A stretch of 64,000 nucleotides of DNA from an uncultured Gammaproteobacteria bacterium (GTDB lineage: Bacteria > Pseudomonadota > Gammaproteobacteria > Competibacterales > Competibacteraceae), in NCBI GenBank assembly GCA_963719395.1, contig CAVRCC010000034.1:130253-194252 (forward strand). The letters run 5' to 3'. The translations under genes were made by a program, and so were the position numbers. Under the pieces are notes generated by a model. The model was not told the origin of the DNA. It made no database searches and worked only from the letters and a program-made list of their open reading frames with translations. This document shows positions 25,683 to 36,976 of this stretch, piece after piece; position 1 is the first letter of the stretch; each line of letters begins with the position of its first letter.

Positions 25683-26165
25683 ATGGCAATGAACTGGCTG
25701 GAAGTGTGCGAACACCCGGATTTGCAGAACCTGCCCTTCAAGATCGAACTCGACGAAACGGGAAAAATCGTCATGTCGCCGACCAAGGTTTACCACTCGA
25801 TCTATCAGGGAGAAATCGTCCGCTTGCTGTTTGCGTCTTCCCATGCTGGAAAAGCGATGGTGGAATGCGCCATTGCGACCCGGAAGGGCACCAAGGTGGC
25901 CGACGTGGCGTGGGCCTCGCCGGAACGGCTGGCGATCATCCAACCGGAAATTGAGTGTTCCATAGCACCAGAACTCTGCGTTGAAGTACTGTCCTCGACC
26001 AACACCCGAAAGGAAATGCGGGCCAAACGGCAGTTGTATTTTGAGAAAGGCGCGCTGGAGGTCTGGATTTGCGATGAGGATGGCAAGCTAACCTTCTTCA
26101 ACCCCGGTGGCGAGTTGGAGCACTCGGTATTGTTCCCGGATTTTCCTGCTCGGATCGAGTCTTAA
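25683..26165 (+). CDS. Uma2-family (PD-(D/E)XK) putative endonuclease
   Basis: KIELDETGKIVMSP, VADVAW, APELCVEVLS and GALEVW motifs. Confidence 0.85.
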   Translation: MAMNWLEVCEHPDLQNLPFKIELDETGKIVMSPTKVYHSIYQGEIVRLLFASSHAGKAMVECAIATRKGTKVADVAWASPERLAIIQPEIECSIAPELCVEVLSSTNTRKEMRAKRQLYFEKGALEVWICDEDGKLTFFNPGGELEHSVLFPDFPARIES

Positions 26166-26178
26166 TGGGTTTCGGTGT

Positions 26179-27006
26179 TTAGCAGGCAATCTCCCAGCAT
26201 CTGCATTCCTTAACGAACGTCGCTTCATCCAGCGCATACAGCGTATCCAGCAGCGCGACTTGCAAGGTTCCCGGTCCCGGCGACCGTTCCGCCGCGAGCT
26301 CCCCCGCCACGCCAAATACCGCCAATCCCGCCACCGTCGCCGCGAACGCATCCGGCTCCACCGCCAGGAACGCCCCGATGACCGCTGTCGCCGAACAGCC
26401 CAGACCGGTCACGCGCGTCATCAAGGGATGGCCGTTCTCGATGGTTGCCACCCGCTGGCCGTCGGTCACGTAATCCACTGCTCCAGTGATCGCCGCCACC
26501 GCTCCGGTAGTTGCCGCCAGTTTCCGCGCCGCATCCAACGCCACCTCCGAACCGTGCAGGGTATCTACCCCCCTACCCGACCCAGATTGGGTCTGCTCCG
26601 CCAGGGTGAGGATTTCCGAACCGTTGCCGCGGATGACGCTGGGTCCCAGCCGCGCGAGGGCTGCCGCCGCCGCTCGCCGATACGGCGTCGCTCCCGCCCC
26701 GACCGGATCGAGAATCCACGGCACGCCCACCGCCCGCGCCCGCGCGGCCGCCAGCTTGCACGCCGCAATCTGCTCCGAAAACAGCGTGCCGATATTGATT
26801 ACCAGCGCCTGGCTGAGGGCGACGAAGTCCTCCACCTCATCGCTGGAATGAATCATCGCCGGCGATGCGCCGAGAGCCAGTAGCGCGTTTGCGGAATTAT
26901 TCATCACCACGAAATTAGTGATGTTATGCACCAAGGGCTGCCGCTCGCGAACGGCGGCTAACAACTTGAAGATCGCAGCGGCTTGCAATGTCATGGGTAT
27001 ACTCAT
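26179..27006 (-). CDS. thiM: Hydroxyethylthiazole kinase
   Basis: [36 protein letters not shown] and VTGLGC motifs. Confidence 0.93.
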   Translation of the reverse strand: MSIPMTLQAAAIFKLLAAVRERQPLVHNITNFVVMNNSANALLALGASPAMIHSSDEVEDFVALSQALVINIGTLFSEQIAACKLAAARARAVGVPWILDPVGAGATPYRRAAAAALARLGPSVIRGNGSEILTLAEQTQSGSGRGVDTLHGSEVALDAARKLAATTGAVAAITGAVDYVTDGQRVATIENGHPLMTRVTGLGCSATAVIGAFLAVEPDAFAATVAGLAVFGVAGELAAERSPGPGTLQVALLDTLYALDEATFVKECRCWEIAC

Positions 27007-28052
27007 GGGTCGAAAACCGGATTGTGTTGTTCGCTGACCCGCACGAAGGTGGTGCGTTTGGTCAGTTCCTTGAGCTGGCTGGCCCCGACGTAGGTACACG
27101 CCGAGCGCAATCCCCCCAGGATATCCTTGACCGTTTCCGCCACCGGTCCCCGGTAAGGAACGCTGACGATTTTGCCTTCCGAGGCACGGTATTCGGCGAC
27201 GCCACCGCTGTATTTCTCCATCGCCGTTTTCGAACTCATCCCGTAAAACCTGACCCAACACTCACCATCCTGCTCCAGGATTTCGCCGCCACCCTCGTCA
27301 TGCCCGGCCAACATGCCGCCGAGCATCACGAAATCCGCCCCCGCCCCAAACGCCTTGGCGACATCGCCCGGGCAGGTGCAGCCACCGTCCGAGATGATCT
27401 GCCCGGACAACCCATGCGCCGCGTCGGCGCATTCGATGATCGCCGACAACTGCGGATACCCCACCCCGGTTTTAACCCGGGTGGTGCAGACCGAACCCGG
27501 TCCGATGCCCACCTTGACGATATCGGCGCCCGACAGTAGCAATTGCTCCACCATCTCGCCGGTGACCACGTTGCCGGCTATGATGATTTTATCCGGATAC
27601 CGCGCCCGGACCTTGCCGATTTGCTCCACGAAATGCTCCGAATAGCCGTTCGCCACGTCCATGCAGATGAAGGACAGTTCCGGATGGCGTTCCAGTATCC
27701 GATCCAGCTTGGCGAGATCGCTATCGAGAATGCCGGTGCTGACCGCCACGTAGGTCAGTAGATCGGGATCCTCGGTTCGCCGCGCCGCCACGAACGCCCC
27801 CCACTCCTCCACTGAATAATGCTTATGCACGGTTGTGAACAGCCCCTGCCGCGCCAACGTCGCTGCCATCGCGAAGGTGCCGACGGTATCCATGTTGGCT
27901 GCCATGATGGGAATCCCGGCCCAGGTCCGCCCGGTGTGGCGGAATTTGAAAGTCCGCTCCAGCGTGACCTGCGCCCGGCTGCTCAACGTCGAACGCTTGG
28001 GCCGGATCAGCACATCCTTGAAACCCAGTTTTAGATCGACTTCGATGCGCAT
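27003..28052 (-). CDS. guaC: GMP reductase
   Basis: [21 protein letters not shown] and [13 protein letters not shown] motifs. Confidence 0.95.
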   Translation of the reverse strand: MRIEVDLKLGFKDVLIRPKRSTLSSRAQVTLERTFKFRHTGRTWAGIPIMAANMDTVGTFAMAATLARQGLFTTVHKHYSVEEWGAFVAARRTEDPDLLTYVAVSTGILDSDLAKLDRILERHPELSFICMDVANGYSEHFVEQIGKVRARYPDKIIIAGNVVTGEMVEQLLLSGADIVKVGIGPGSVCTTRVKTGVGYPQLSAIIECADAAHGLSGQIISDGGCTCPGDVAKAFGAGADFVMLGGMLAGHDEGGGEILEQDGECWVRFYGMSSKTAMEKYSGGVAEYRASEGKIVSVPYRGPVAETVKDILGGLRSACTYVGASQLKELTKRTTFVRVSEQHNPVFDP

Positions 28053-29525
28053 CTACACCCGTCCGTACAGTTCCAACAAATGCCGGTAATGGCTCGCCAC
28101 CTGCGGTCCGACCTGCTCCCAGCGGAACCGCCAGCGCCAGTTGCCCTCGGCGATGCCCGGCTGGTTCATGCGGTCCTCGCCGCCCAGTTCCAGCACGTCT
28201 TGCATCGGCGCCACCGCCAGCCGCGCCACCGAGGCGAGCGCCGTCCGCACCAACAATTCCGGCATCTGCTCCGATGTGCCACCCAGATAGTCGAACAGAT
28301 GTGCCCGGGTCGGTTTATCCAGTTCCTGGAACCAGCCCAGCGTAGTGTTGTTGTCGTGGGTGCCGGTGTACACCACCGCATTGAGAACGTGATTGTGCGG
28401 CAGATAAGGATTGTCGGCTCCCCCGCCGAAGGCGAAGTGCAGCACCTTCATCCCCGGCAGGCCATGCGCATCGCGCAGCGCCTCAACTTCGGGCGTGATG
28501 ATGCCTAAATCCTCGGCCACTAGAGGCAGGCCGCCAAATTCCACCCGTAATGCCCGAAACAGGTCGTCGCCTGGCGCCTGCCGCCACTGCCCGGACACGG
28601 CGGTCTTGGCGCTGGCTGGGATCTCCCAATACGCTTCCAGTCCCCGGAAATGATCGATCCGCAACAGGTCGAACTGCGTCAACTGGGTGCGGATGCGCTC
28701 TTTCCACCATTGGAATCCGTCGGCGCGCATTTGCTCCCACGCGTAATGCGGATTGCCCCATAACTGACCGTCAGCGGAAAAATAATCCGGCGGCACCCCG
28801 GCTACTACGTTCGGCCGACCCTGGCTATCCAGCAGGAAACTATCGCGTCGCGCCCATACGTCGGCGCTGTCGTAGCCGACGAACAAGGGAATATCGCCAA
28901 AAATCAGAATGCCTCGTTCGTTGGCGTATTGCTTGAGCGCCGCCCACTGCCGATAGAACAGGAATTGTTCGAACTGGCATTGAGCGACGGTCTCGCCGAA
29001 CTCCCGTCGCGCCGCCGCCAGCGTCTCCGGATGGCGATCGCGCAGTTCGCCGGGCCAGTCGAACCATGCCGCTTGTCGATACGCCGCGCGGATCGCCTGA
29101 TACAGGGCATAGTCATCCAGCCAATAGAGGTGCTGGCGTAGAAAAGCCTCGTACTCTTTCCGCTCCCCGCCCGACTTCTGAAAACCTTGCCTGGCTTCGA
29201 CCAATCGCCGCTGGCGATACTCCCAGCCATCCTCGCCGGCTTTGGACCCGCCGTCCGGTCGTAACCAACCCGCCTCGATCAACGGCTCCAGCGCGATCAG
29301 GCGTGGGTTGCCAGCATGAACCGATTGCGCTGAATAGGGCGACAGATCATCGTGCGGCGGACCCAACGGCAGGGTTTGCCAGACCGTGAAGCCGCAGGCG
29401 GCCATGAAATCCACGAACCGGTAGGCATCCGGCCCCAAATCGCCGTTGCCATAACCACCCGGCAGCGAGGTTGGATGCAACAGCAATCCCGCGCGCCGGC
29501 GGTCGAAGGGCGAACCCGTGCTCAT
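28053..29525 (-). CDS. malQ: 4-alpha-glucanotransferase
   Basis: LLHPTSLPG, WQTLPLGP, GVPPDYFS..GQLWGNP, RIDHFRG and YTGTHDN motifs. Confidence 0.95.
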   Translation of the reverse strand: MSTGSPFDRRRAGLLLHPTSLPGGYGNGDLGPDAYRFVDFMAACGFTVWQTLPLGPPHDDLSPYSAQSVHAGNPRLIALEPLIEAGWLRPDGGSKAGEDGWEYRQRRLVEARQGFQKSGGERKEYEAFLRQHLYWLDDYALYQAIRAAYRQAAWFDWPGELRDRHPETLAAARREFGETVAQCQFEQFLFYRQWAALKQYANERGILIFGDIPLFVGYDSADVWARRDSFLLDSQGRPNVVAGVPPDYFSADGQLWGNPHYAWEQMRADGFQWWKERIRTQLTQFDLLRIDHFRGLEAYWEIPASAKTAVSGQWRQAPGDDLFRALRVEFGGLPLVAEDLGIITPEVEALRDAHGLPGMKVLHFAFGGGADNPYLPHNHVLNAVVYTGTHDNNTTLGWFQELDKPTRAHLFDYLGGTSEQMPELLVRTALASVARLAVAPMQDVLELGGEDRMNQPGIAEGNWRWRFRWEQVGPQVASHYRHLLELYGRV

Positions 29526-29604
29526 CACAAATAACTCCTTATTTTTAGAAATAAAACTAGTTGAATACATCAAAGGCGAAAAGCCTCTTGTTTCGCCCGT
29601 TGCC

Positions 29605-31038
29605 CAATAGTGTTCGGCACACTTATTGGGTAGACAAAATGATGTCTCGATGTTCATCAGTCATTGGATGAAGTAATAAATTTTTAATACAGATTAACCA
29701 GTGAATAGAAATTTTCCACAATTTTTTCAATTTAGATCCAAGAAAAGAAACCAAACTATATTCTACTGGCAATCGAGAACTTCCTGTTTTCCGTAAATGA
29801 TCTTCTTTCTTTGAAGAGGAATCTTTTAAAACTCGCAGGGCTTCTTTTTGGCTTTCTTGCTCTTTAACAAGCGTTTGCTTAAAGTAAATTAAAAGAACGT
29901 AAACAATTAAATAAATGTAAAATTGAATTTTGACTCCATTCGGTTCGTGGTTCCACAAATGGAGGGCATCCAGTGTTCGCTTTATACACCTGAAAAATAA
30001 CTCTACTTGCCAGCGATAAGCATAAAGAATAATGATCTCGCTGGTCTTTAAATCCAAACGATTTGTAGTAATTCGATACCATTCACCAAAAACATAAAAA
30101 CAAACTAAACGATAAGTCACTTTCGATTTATCACCTGAAAAAATAACGAGCGCATCGGTGACTTCTGAAAGGTAAAAGTTCCATGATTCGGGAATATTCA
30201 CCTCAAGGACTGTTTGAATAGATGCTCGCATATTGTAGCGAATACGAGTAATAAAAAACGCTTGCTTTTCCGTAACTTGTTGAAAAATATCAAAAGCAAG
30301 ATAACCCCGGTCCGTGATATAGGTCACCCCAGCTTCCAGCAATTCCATGAACACTTTTCGCTCGGAATAATTCGCTTCACTACTAATAAATTGTACAGGA
30401 ATCATGCGATTAAGTTCATAAGCTAAATGCATCTTCAAGGCTTGGCACTTGGAAGTATATTTGGCCCATTCCATGTTTTTAAATGCAGGAAATAACGAAC
30501 CATCAAACAATATGAAACGCCCTAACGTTCTTATCTCAGGAATATCTTTAATCTCAATGATTTCTATTAATTTAGCAAAAATACGCTGAAATACCTCCGG
30601 CTTATACCGTGAAAATGCTTCCGAATACATCGATGGCGATGCTAAAACAAAACCGAGCTTTTTTAAATCAGGATTTGTTTTTATTTCTGTGATTAGCAAA
30701 CGAATCGATTGGGTTTTATTAATCACTGCATAAATCAGACTCACCATAAAATAGTACAGTGATAGCTTGTAAAGCTTCTCATCATTTTTTAAGCGATTCT
30801 GTTCTTCCTTAATTAATAGAATCACAGGTTCAATAATCTTTTCAAAAGTCAGCATAGTTTCATCTCATCAGATGGTACTGCCCACCCAGGTGACTCGCTT
30901 CCTCTACCCCCCAGTCGTCGCTGGATTAAACTAGAGTCCCGAGGCAGGCAGTGAATTGTGATTTCACATAACAACTTGATTACAAATTAGAAAATTATAT
31001 CCCAAAGTTAATGGCAATTGCTATGCCGAACACTATTG
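29605..31038 (-). mobile_element. IS4-family insertion sequence, 1434 bp, between glgC and malQ
   Basis: Perfect 15-bp TIRs CAATAGTGTTCGGCA; 9-bp target duplication CCCGTTGCC at 29596-29604 and 31039-31047; AT-rich. Confidence 0.93.
29623..30855 (-). CDS. IS4-family transposase
   Basis: FDGS, DRGY and the YREK motif YAYRWQVELFFRCIK. Confidence 0.92.
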   Translation of the reverse strand: MLTFEKIIEPVILLIKEEQNRLKNDEKLYKLSLYYFMVSLIYAVINKTQSIRLLITEIKTNPDLKKLGFVLASPSMYSEAFSRYKPEVFQRIFAKLIEIIEIKDIPEIRTLGRFILFDGSLFPAFKNMEWAKYTSKCQALKMHLAYELNRMIPVQFISSEANYSERKVFMELLEAGVTYITDRGYLAFDIFQQVTEKQAFFITRIRYNMRASIQTVLEVNIPESWNFYLSEVTDALVIFSGDKSKVTYRLVCFYVFGEWYRITTNRLDLKTSEIIILYAYRWQVELFFRCIKRTLDALHLWNHEPNGVKIQFYIYLIVYVLLIYFKQTLVKEQESQKEALRVLKDSSSKKEDHLRKTGSSRLPVEYSLVSFLGSKLKKLWKISIHWLICIKNLLLHPMTDEHRDIILSTQ

Positions 31039-31061
31039 CCCGTTGCCCTGCCTTTCAATCC

Positions 31062-32333
31062 TCAGCGGACCCGGTGCAACTCCTGACCCAGCATCTCCCG
31101 CGTGATCAGCACCACCCCCTTCTCGGTGCGATAAAACCGCCGGGCATCCTCCTCGGCATTCTCGCCGACCACCGTGCCGGGCGGAATGACGCAGCCTCGG
31201 TCGATGATGGCCTTGCTCAGATGGCAGTAGCGACCGATGTCCACCTCCGGCAACACCACGGCATCCCGCAATTGTACGAAGGAATGGACCTGCACCTGCG
31301 GAAACAGCAGCGAGTGATTCACATAGCCGCCAGAGATGATGCAACCATCCGCTACCATGGAATCCACCGCCATGCCCCGGCGTCCCTCGTCGTCGAAGAC
31401 GAACTTGGCCGGTGGCAACTGTTCCTGGTAGGTCCAGATGGGCCAGTGCTCGTCGTACAGGTTCAACTCTGGATCGATGCCGACCAGTTCCATGTTCGAT
31501 GCCCAGAACGCATCCACGGTGCCCACATCGCGCCAGTAGCTTTGCGTCTTGGTCTGCACGTCGCGGAATGGATAGATCACCACCCGATGTTGGCCCAGCA
31601 GGCGTGGCAACAAATCCTTGCCGAAATCGTGGCTGGAATCCGGGTCTTCAGCATCTATGATCAACTGCTCGTACAGGAATCGTGTATTGAACACATAAAT
31701 TCCCATCGAGGCGAGCGCCACGCTGGCCCGACCCGGCAGAGCTTCCGGCGTTTGTGGCTTTTCCACGAACTGGATGACTTCATCGCGCTCGTTGGCTGTC
31801 AACACCCCAAACTCGTGCGCGCGCTCGCGCGGCACTTCGATGCTGCCGACCGTAATATCCGCTTTGCTTTCCACATGGTGTGCCAGCATCGGTCCATAAT
31901 CCATCTTGTAGATGTGGTCCCCGGCCAAAATCAGCACAAATTCAGGGGCATGGCTGCGGATGATATCCAGGTTCTGGTAGACCGCGTCGGCTGTGCCCTT
32001 GTACCACGAGGTTTCGTCGATCCGCTGCTGGGCTGGCAGCAGTTCCACGAATTCGCCAAATTCGCCGCGCAGGAAACCCCAGCCGCGCTGGATATGCTGG
32101 ATCAGGGAATGGGCCTTGTACTGGGTTAGCACGCAAACCCGCCGGATGCCTGAATTGATGCAGTTGGACAACGGGAAATCGATGATCCGGTACTTGCCGC
32201 CGAAGGGCGTGGCGGGTTTGGCGCGCCATAGCGTAAGCTGCTTGAGTCGGCTCCCGCGCCCGCCTGCTAGAATCAGTGCGAGCGTTGCCCGGGTCAGGCG
32301 GCTGACGAAACGTGAGGTGATGGCGGCGCTCAT
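31062..32333 (-). CDS. glgC: Glucose-1-phosphate adenylyltransferase
   Basis: [23 protein letters not shown] and DFGKD motifs. Confidence 0.96.
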   Translation of the reverse strand: MSAAITSRFVSRLTRATLALILAGGRGSRLKQLTLWRAKPATPFGGKYRIIDFPLSNCINSGIRRVCVLTQYKAHSLIQHIQRGWGFLRGEFGEFVELLPAQQRIDETSWYKGTADAVYQNLDIIRSHAPEFVLILAGDHIYKMDYGPMLAHHVESKADITVGSIEVPRERAHEFGVLTANERDEVIQFVEKPQTPEALPGRASVALASMGIYVFNTRFLYEQLIIDAEDPDSSHDFGKDLLPRLLGQHRVVIYPFRDVQTKTQSYWRDVGTVDAFWASNMELVGIDPELNLYDEHWPIWTYQEQLPPAKFVFDDEGRRGMAVDSMVADGCIISGGYVNHSLLFPQVQVHSFVQLRDAVVLPEVDIGRYCHLSKAIIDRGCVIPPGTVVGENAEEDARRFYRTEKGVVLITREMLGQELHRVR

Positions 32334-32557
32334 GCGTTTAACGTCCCTCTCTGCTATGCTGCTATGGTTGTCCAGTTCGGAGATCCGAACGATGCGATTC
32401 GCCGCGCTGGGGATAAAGTAGCGCAACCGCGGGCGGCGAGCGGGTATTTCAGATTCCTTAATCATAGTTGGTTTCAGAGACGGTTTTGGCCATTCATGGC
32501 AGCTTGGCTGTGATAATCGAAGGATGACCGAGCGAACGGGATGCTCTACCTATTCAG

Positions 32558-34798
32558 ATGACGTACCCTGACGATAACGACCCTCTCCAAGCTTCGGACT
32601 CATGTGCCGAGGACCGGACCATGGCCGATGCTGCCCTCTTGCATGAGGGTCTCCATCCCGATCCATTCGCGGTGCTCGGTCGCCACGGCCGCGGCAAGCA
32701 GGCGATCGTCCGGGTGTTCTTACCCGGCGCCCAGCGGGTTGGATTGCCCGATCTCGATCAGCCGCTGCGGCGGTTGGCGGATACCGATCTGTTTGAGTGG
32801 CGTGGTGCGACGGATGGGCTGGCGCCGCATTACCGATTGGCTTGGACCGATGCCGCTGGATGCGAACGGGTCGCGCACGATCCCTACAGCTTTTCTCCGC
32901 AACTGAGCCTGTACGATTTGCACTTATTCAATGAAGGCCGCCACCTGCATGCCTATCGCATACTGGGTGCGCATCCACGGGTGGTGGATCACATTGCCGG
33001 GGTGCTATTCGCGGTCTGGGCCCCGAATGCCGCCCAAGTCAGCGTGGTGGGTGACTTCAATAGCTGGAACGGCGTGTGTCATCCATTGCGCCGCCGTGGC
33101 GGCGTCTGGGAGTTGTTTGTCCCCGACGTGAGTGCGGGCACGCGCTATCAATTTGAGATTCGGGTCCAAGAGACAGGCGAGCGGCTGCGCAAAGGCGATC
33201 CCTACGGCCGTGGGTTCGAGCGTCGCCCGGCCAACGCTGCCCGAGTGGTGGAGAACGTGCCCTACCCGTGGCGTGATGAGGCTTGGATGGCGCGACGCCG
33301 GCGGCAGAATTGGACCCACGCTCCGCTGGCGATTTATGAAGTTCACTTGGGTTCTTGGCAACGAGACGAGTGTGGTGACTATCTAAATTATCAGGAGTTG
33401 GCGCGGCGCTTGGTCGCCTATGTTGGTTCGCTGGGTTTTACGCATATCGAATTAATGCCGATTACCGAGCATCCGCTGGATGCCTCTTGGGGTTATCAAA
33501 CGACTGGATATTTCGCTCCGACCAGTCGCCATGGCAATCCGAATGATTTTCGCCAGTTTGTGGATTACTGCCACCAGGCGGGCATTGGCGTCATTCTGGA
33601 CTGGGTGCCTGGCCATTTTCCGAAAGATGCGCACGGTCTAGCCCAGTTCGACGGTACGTATCTTTATGAACATGAGGATCCAGATCGCCGCGAGCAGCGT
33701 GGTTGGGGGACGCTGGTGTTTGATTATGGTCGTAATCAAGTAAAAAATTTTTTATTGGCTAGTGCCTGTTTCTGGTTGGAAGAATTCCATTTGGATGGCT
33801 TGCGGGTCGATGCCGTCGCTTCCATGCTGTATCTGGATTATGCTCGCGAATCGGGTGAATGGATGCCTAATCTGTTCGGTGGCAATGAGAACTTGGAGGC
33901 GATTACCTTTCTGCGCGAACTTAATGAAGTGATTCATCGCCGCTATTCAGGAGTATTGATGATTGCCGAGGAGTCTACGGCTTGGCCACTGGTGACTCGA
34001 CCTTCTTGGATGGGTGGTTTAGGATTTGGTATGAAGTGGAACATGGGGTGGATGCATGACATTTTAGGATATTTGGCGTGCGATCCGGCCTTGCGCCGTC
34101 ATCATCATGAACTGCTGACTTTTGGCCTGCTGTATGCCTTCACCGAAAACTTTATGCTTCCTCTGTCTCATGATGAAGTTGTTCATGGTAAAGGTTCGCT
34201 GTTTTCCAGGATGCCGGGTGATCGCCATCAGCGCTTCGCTAATTTGCGGTTGCTTTACCTTTATATGTGGACTTACCCGGGTAAGAAGTTTCTGTTTATG
34301 GGGAATGAACTGGCTCAGGAACGGGAGTGGGATTATGCTGGAAGGCTGGATTGGGAGTTATTGAGCCAGCCAGAGCATCGTGGGATTCAGGCGCTGATCC
34401 GTGATCTCAACTTGCTCTATCGGTCCACGGTGAGCCTACATGGCTCTGAATTTGCTCAGGAAGGTTTTGAGTGGCTGGATTGTCATGATGCGGCTCGATC
34501 AATTGTGGTCTATTTGCGTCATGGCGATGGAGGTAACCCGATCTTGGTAGCCCTTAATTTCGCGGCGGTGGGGCGTTCTGGTTATCGGGTAGGCGTGCCG
34601 TTGTCGGGGCTTTATCGGGAAATCCTACGTTCCGATGCTGCGGCCTATGGTGGCGATGGTTTGGTTAATAATGAGATATGTGCTGATTTACTCCCGCATC
34701 TGGGGTACCCCTATTCGTTGGTTTTGGATTTACCTCCGTTGATGGGTATGGTGTTGAGTTTTCATCGGACGGATCACCCAAAAGATCTGGATGCTTGA
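32558..34798 (+). CDS. glgB: 1,4-alpha-glucan branching enzyme
   Basis: FAVWAPNA, IYEVHLGSW, DWVPGHFP, DGLRVDAVASMLY and SHDEVVHGK motifs. Confidence 0.95.
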   Translation: MTYPDDNDPLQASDSCAEDRTMADAALLHEGLHPDPFAVLGRHGRGKQAIVRVFLPGAQRVGLPDLDQPLRRLADTDLFEWRGATDGLAPHYRLAWTDAAGCERVAHDPYSFSPQLSLYDLHLFNEGRHLHAYRILGAHPRVVDHIAGVLFAVWAPNAAQVSVVGDFNSWNGVCHPLRRRGGVWELFVPDVSAGTRYQFEIRVQETGERLRKGDPYGRGFERRPANAARVVENVPYPWRDEAWMARRRRQNWTHAPLAIYEVHLGSWQRDECGDYLNYQELARRLVAYVGSLGFTHIELMPITEHPLDASWGYQTTGYFAPTSRHGNPNDFRQFVDYCHQAGIGVILDWVPGHFPKDAHGLAQFDGTYLYEHEDPDRREQRGWGTLVFDYGRNQVKNFLLASACFWLEEFHLDGLRVDAVASMLYLDYARESGEWMPNLFGGNENLEAITFLRELNEVIHRRYSGVLMIAEESTAWPLVTRPSWMGGLGFGMKWNMGWMHDILGYLACDPALRRHHHELLTFGLLYAFTENFMLPLSHDEVVHGKGSLFSRMPGDRHQRFANLRLLYLYMWTYPGKKFLFMGNELAQEREWDYAGRLDWELLSQPEHRGIQALIRDLNLLYRSTVSLHGSEFAQEGFEWLDCHDAARSIVVYLRHGDGGNPILVALNFAAVGRSGYRVGVPLSGLYREILRSDAAAYGGDGLVNNEICADLLPHLGYPYSLVLDLPPLMGMVLSFHRTDHPKDLDA

Positions 34799-34910
34799 GG
34801 ATCGGTTGTGGGTTTTTGGTGCTAGGTCTGAGGCTTATTTTGAGGATTGTATCGCATATGAGCTGTTGGCTGCTTTTATTGATCGTGACTGGATTCTATT
34901 GGAGTATGTC

Positions 34911-35885
34911 GTGAAGTTGCAACAGTTGCGCTATCTTACTGCTATCGTTCGTAATAATTTGAATATTTCTGCTGCGGCTGAAAGTCTATATACTTCTCAA
35001 CCGGGTATTAGTAAACAGCTACGATTATTGGAAGAAGAGTTAGGTGTTGAGTTATTTAGTCGTAATGGTAAGCATCTGACTGAGTTAACTCCGATTGGTC
35101 GACAAATTATCGTTAAGGTGGAAAGTATTCTATGTGAGGTGAATAATATCCAGATTCTGGCTGAAGAATATCGTGATGATCGACGTGGTAGTTTGTCGAT
35201 TGCCACGACTCATACGCAAGCTCGCTATGCTCTACCGCCGGTTATTAAACTTTTTCGGGAGCGTTATCCAGCAGTAACTTTGCAAGTTCACCAAGGCTCC
35301 CCAGCGCAAATTGCTGAGTTAGTGCAGTCCGGTGAAGTCGATTTTGCTATTGCCACCGAGTCTTTGGAGTTATTTGAGGATTTGGTGATGATGCCCTGCT
35401 ATATTTGGCAACGTTGTGTGTTGGTGCCGCGCGAGCATCCTTTGGTTGAGTTGGAGTCCTTGACTTTGCATGATGTTGCTCGGTACCCGTTGGTAACTTA
35501 TGTTTTTGGTTTTACTGGCCGTTCACAATTAGATGAAGCGTTCCGTACCGCTCAACTCAAACCTATCGTGGCGTTTACTGCGACTGATGCGGATGTGATT
35601 AAGACTTATGTGCGTTTGGGGATGGGTGTTGGGATTGTTGCGCGGATGGCTTATGATTCCAGGCAGGATCAAGATTTGGTGCAACTGGATGCTAGTCATT
35701 TGTTTGCGGCTAATGTCACCAAGATTGGGTTTCGGCGTGGTATGTTTTTACGATGTTATATGTATGACTTTATTGAATTATTTGCTCCTCATTTGACTCG
35801 AGAGCGAGTGCGGATGGTCGAACGTCTCCAGACTTTTGAGGAGATTGGCGCGTTGTTTGAGGGGGTTGATTTGCCAGTTTATTAG
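34911..35885 (+). CDS. cysB: LysR-family cys regulon activator CysB
   Basis: GTG start after GGAG; KLQQLRY, LYTSQPGISKQ, IATTHTQARY and DADVIKTYVRLG motifs; cysTWA nearby. Confidence 0.93.
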   Translation: MKLQQLRYLTAIVRNNLNISAAAESLYTSQPGISKQLRLLEEELGVELFSRNGKHLTELTPIGRQIIVKVESILCEVNNIQILAEEYRDDRRGSLSIATTHTQARYALPPVIKLFRERYPAVTLQVHQGSPAQIAELVQSGEVDFAIATESLELFEDLVMMPCYIWQRCVLVPREHPLVELESLTLHDVARYPLVTYVFGFTGRSQLDEAFRTAQLKPIVAFTATDADVIKTYVRLGMGVGIVARMAYDSRQDQDLVQLDASHLFAANVTKIGFRRGMFLRCYMYDFIELFAPHLTRERVRMVERLQTFEEIGALFEGVDLPVY

Positions 35886-35897
35886 TGAATTCGTGTT

Positions 35898-35940
35898 TTG
35901 AAGTTTTGGTTTTTCATTATATGATGGTATAAGAAGGGAG
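35898..35940 (+). promoter_or_regulatory. Putative promoter and RBS of the Tus-like gene, overlapped by candidate Ter site 1
   Basis: TTGAAG (35898)-N16-TATGAT (35920); motif core ATGATGGTATAA at 35921-35932; RBS AAGGGAG. Confidence 0.6.
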
Positions 35941-35945
35941 TATGT

Positions 35946-36854
35946 ATGCAAATCTCACCAGTTACTATGCGGATTACGTTATTCACTAGTTTTGAGTCAT
36001 TGCTCGCACGATTGGATGCCTTTTGCATGGCGGTTCGTCAGGATGGTGTGTTGCCGGTCTGGGTATCGCGTACCGAGGTCGAACTGGCGGAAAATCTTGA
36101 TATGCGTCTCAAAGCTATTCAGCTCTATCGAGCTCTTTGGTACGAGGACAGTCAGGATGGCCGGGAAACATTGACCTGTCCCGGTATCGTCGGCGCTAGT
36201 CTGGATACCTTGGCCGCCGCTCATGCCTGCAATACTGCTAAGGATGATTTTAAGGCGGCCGTGCTGGCGCTGAAGGCCTTGGGTCGGGTTGAAACCAAAG
36301 GCGCCATGGCCGATTTGCATCGGCGTTGGGAAACCGTGGCGGTGGCGATGCGACGCATGGGAGCGGCTCGTCTGAATTTGAAGCAGGCTTATCGACATGT
36401 TCCCTTGCTTGAGCGACGTCCGCTTAAGATTGGCTTCACTTGGTCCAAGCAGGGTCGCGTTATTCAGCGCACCAGCGTGGCTACTGCACGTCGCTTGCTG
36501 GAACAGCGGGTCGAGACATCACAAGTTCGATTGGAGTTGCAGCGCCTGGCGGAAATCGGTGATGACGAACAACTAGCGCGGGTTCGTGGAGTCTGTCCGC
36601 ATTTGCGCGCCAATATCGTTTTTGCCGAACCGGAAAGTGCTGAAGTATCGCGTCGGTTGATGCAGACTCCCCTGCCGATTTTGGTACCGCTGCGCCGTGG
36701 GGAGAAGTTGCCCGAGTTCGTGGCGGTGTCCCCGGAACCCCCTGTTAATCCTCGTTTGCGGCGGGCTGATGTTCGGATTGAGGACGAGCCTTTTCTCCCG
36801 TCGGTTCGGGTGCATCGTTATCGTGATTCTTATCGGGAGTTTGGGATAAGATGA
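35946..36854 (+). CDS. DNA replication terminus site-binding protein (Tus-like)
   Basis: 302 aa, similar in size to Tus. CPGIVG, CNTAKDDF and QAYRHVPLLERRPLKIGFTWSKQGRVI align by eye with recalled E. coli Tus segments LPGVL, INKLKTTF and [25 protein letters not shown]. Confidence 0.75.
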   Translation: MQISPVTMRITLFTSFESLLARLDAFCMAVRQDGVLPVWVSRTEVELAENLDMRLKAIQLYRALWYEDSQDGRETLTCPGIVGASLDTLAAAHACNTAKDDFKAAVLALKALGRVETKGAMADLHRRWETVAVAMRRMGAARLNLKQAYRHVPLLERRPLKIGFTWSKQGRVIQRTSVATARRLLEQRVETSQVRLELQRLAEIGDDEQLARVRGVCPHLRANIVFAEPESAEVSRRLMQTPLPILVPLRRGEKLPEFVAVSPEPPVNPRLRRADVRIEDEPFLPSVRVHRYRDSYREFGIR

Positions 36855-36866
36855 TGGTATAAAAAC
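36847..36866 (+). repeat. Candidate Ter site 2, TAAGATGATGGTATAAAAAC
   Basis: Identical 20-mer at 44005-44024; contains the stop codon of the Tus-like gene. Confidence 0.7.
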
Positions 36867-36976
36867 AGCTTCTTTACGTTGTTGCCCACCGTTCACCGCA
36901 AAATAGCCTAAAATTGCCCGAAACGACTCCCTAAAAATCATCATTTGCTCACCGACCCCCACCAGGAGACTCTCCA

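Noticed and set aside
34911-35885. cysB as a horizontally acquired AT-rich gene
   Set aside because: The bias is strand-asymmetric (T much greater than A, G greater than C) and builds gradually from within glgB rather than starting at a gene boundary.
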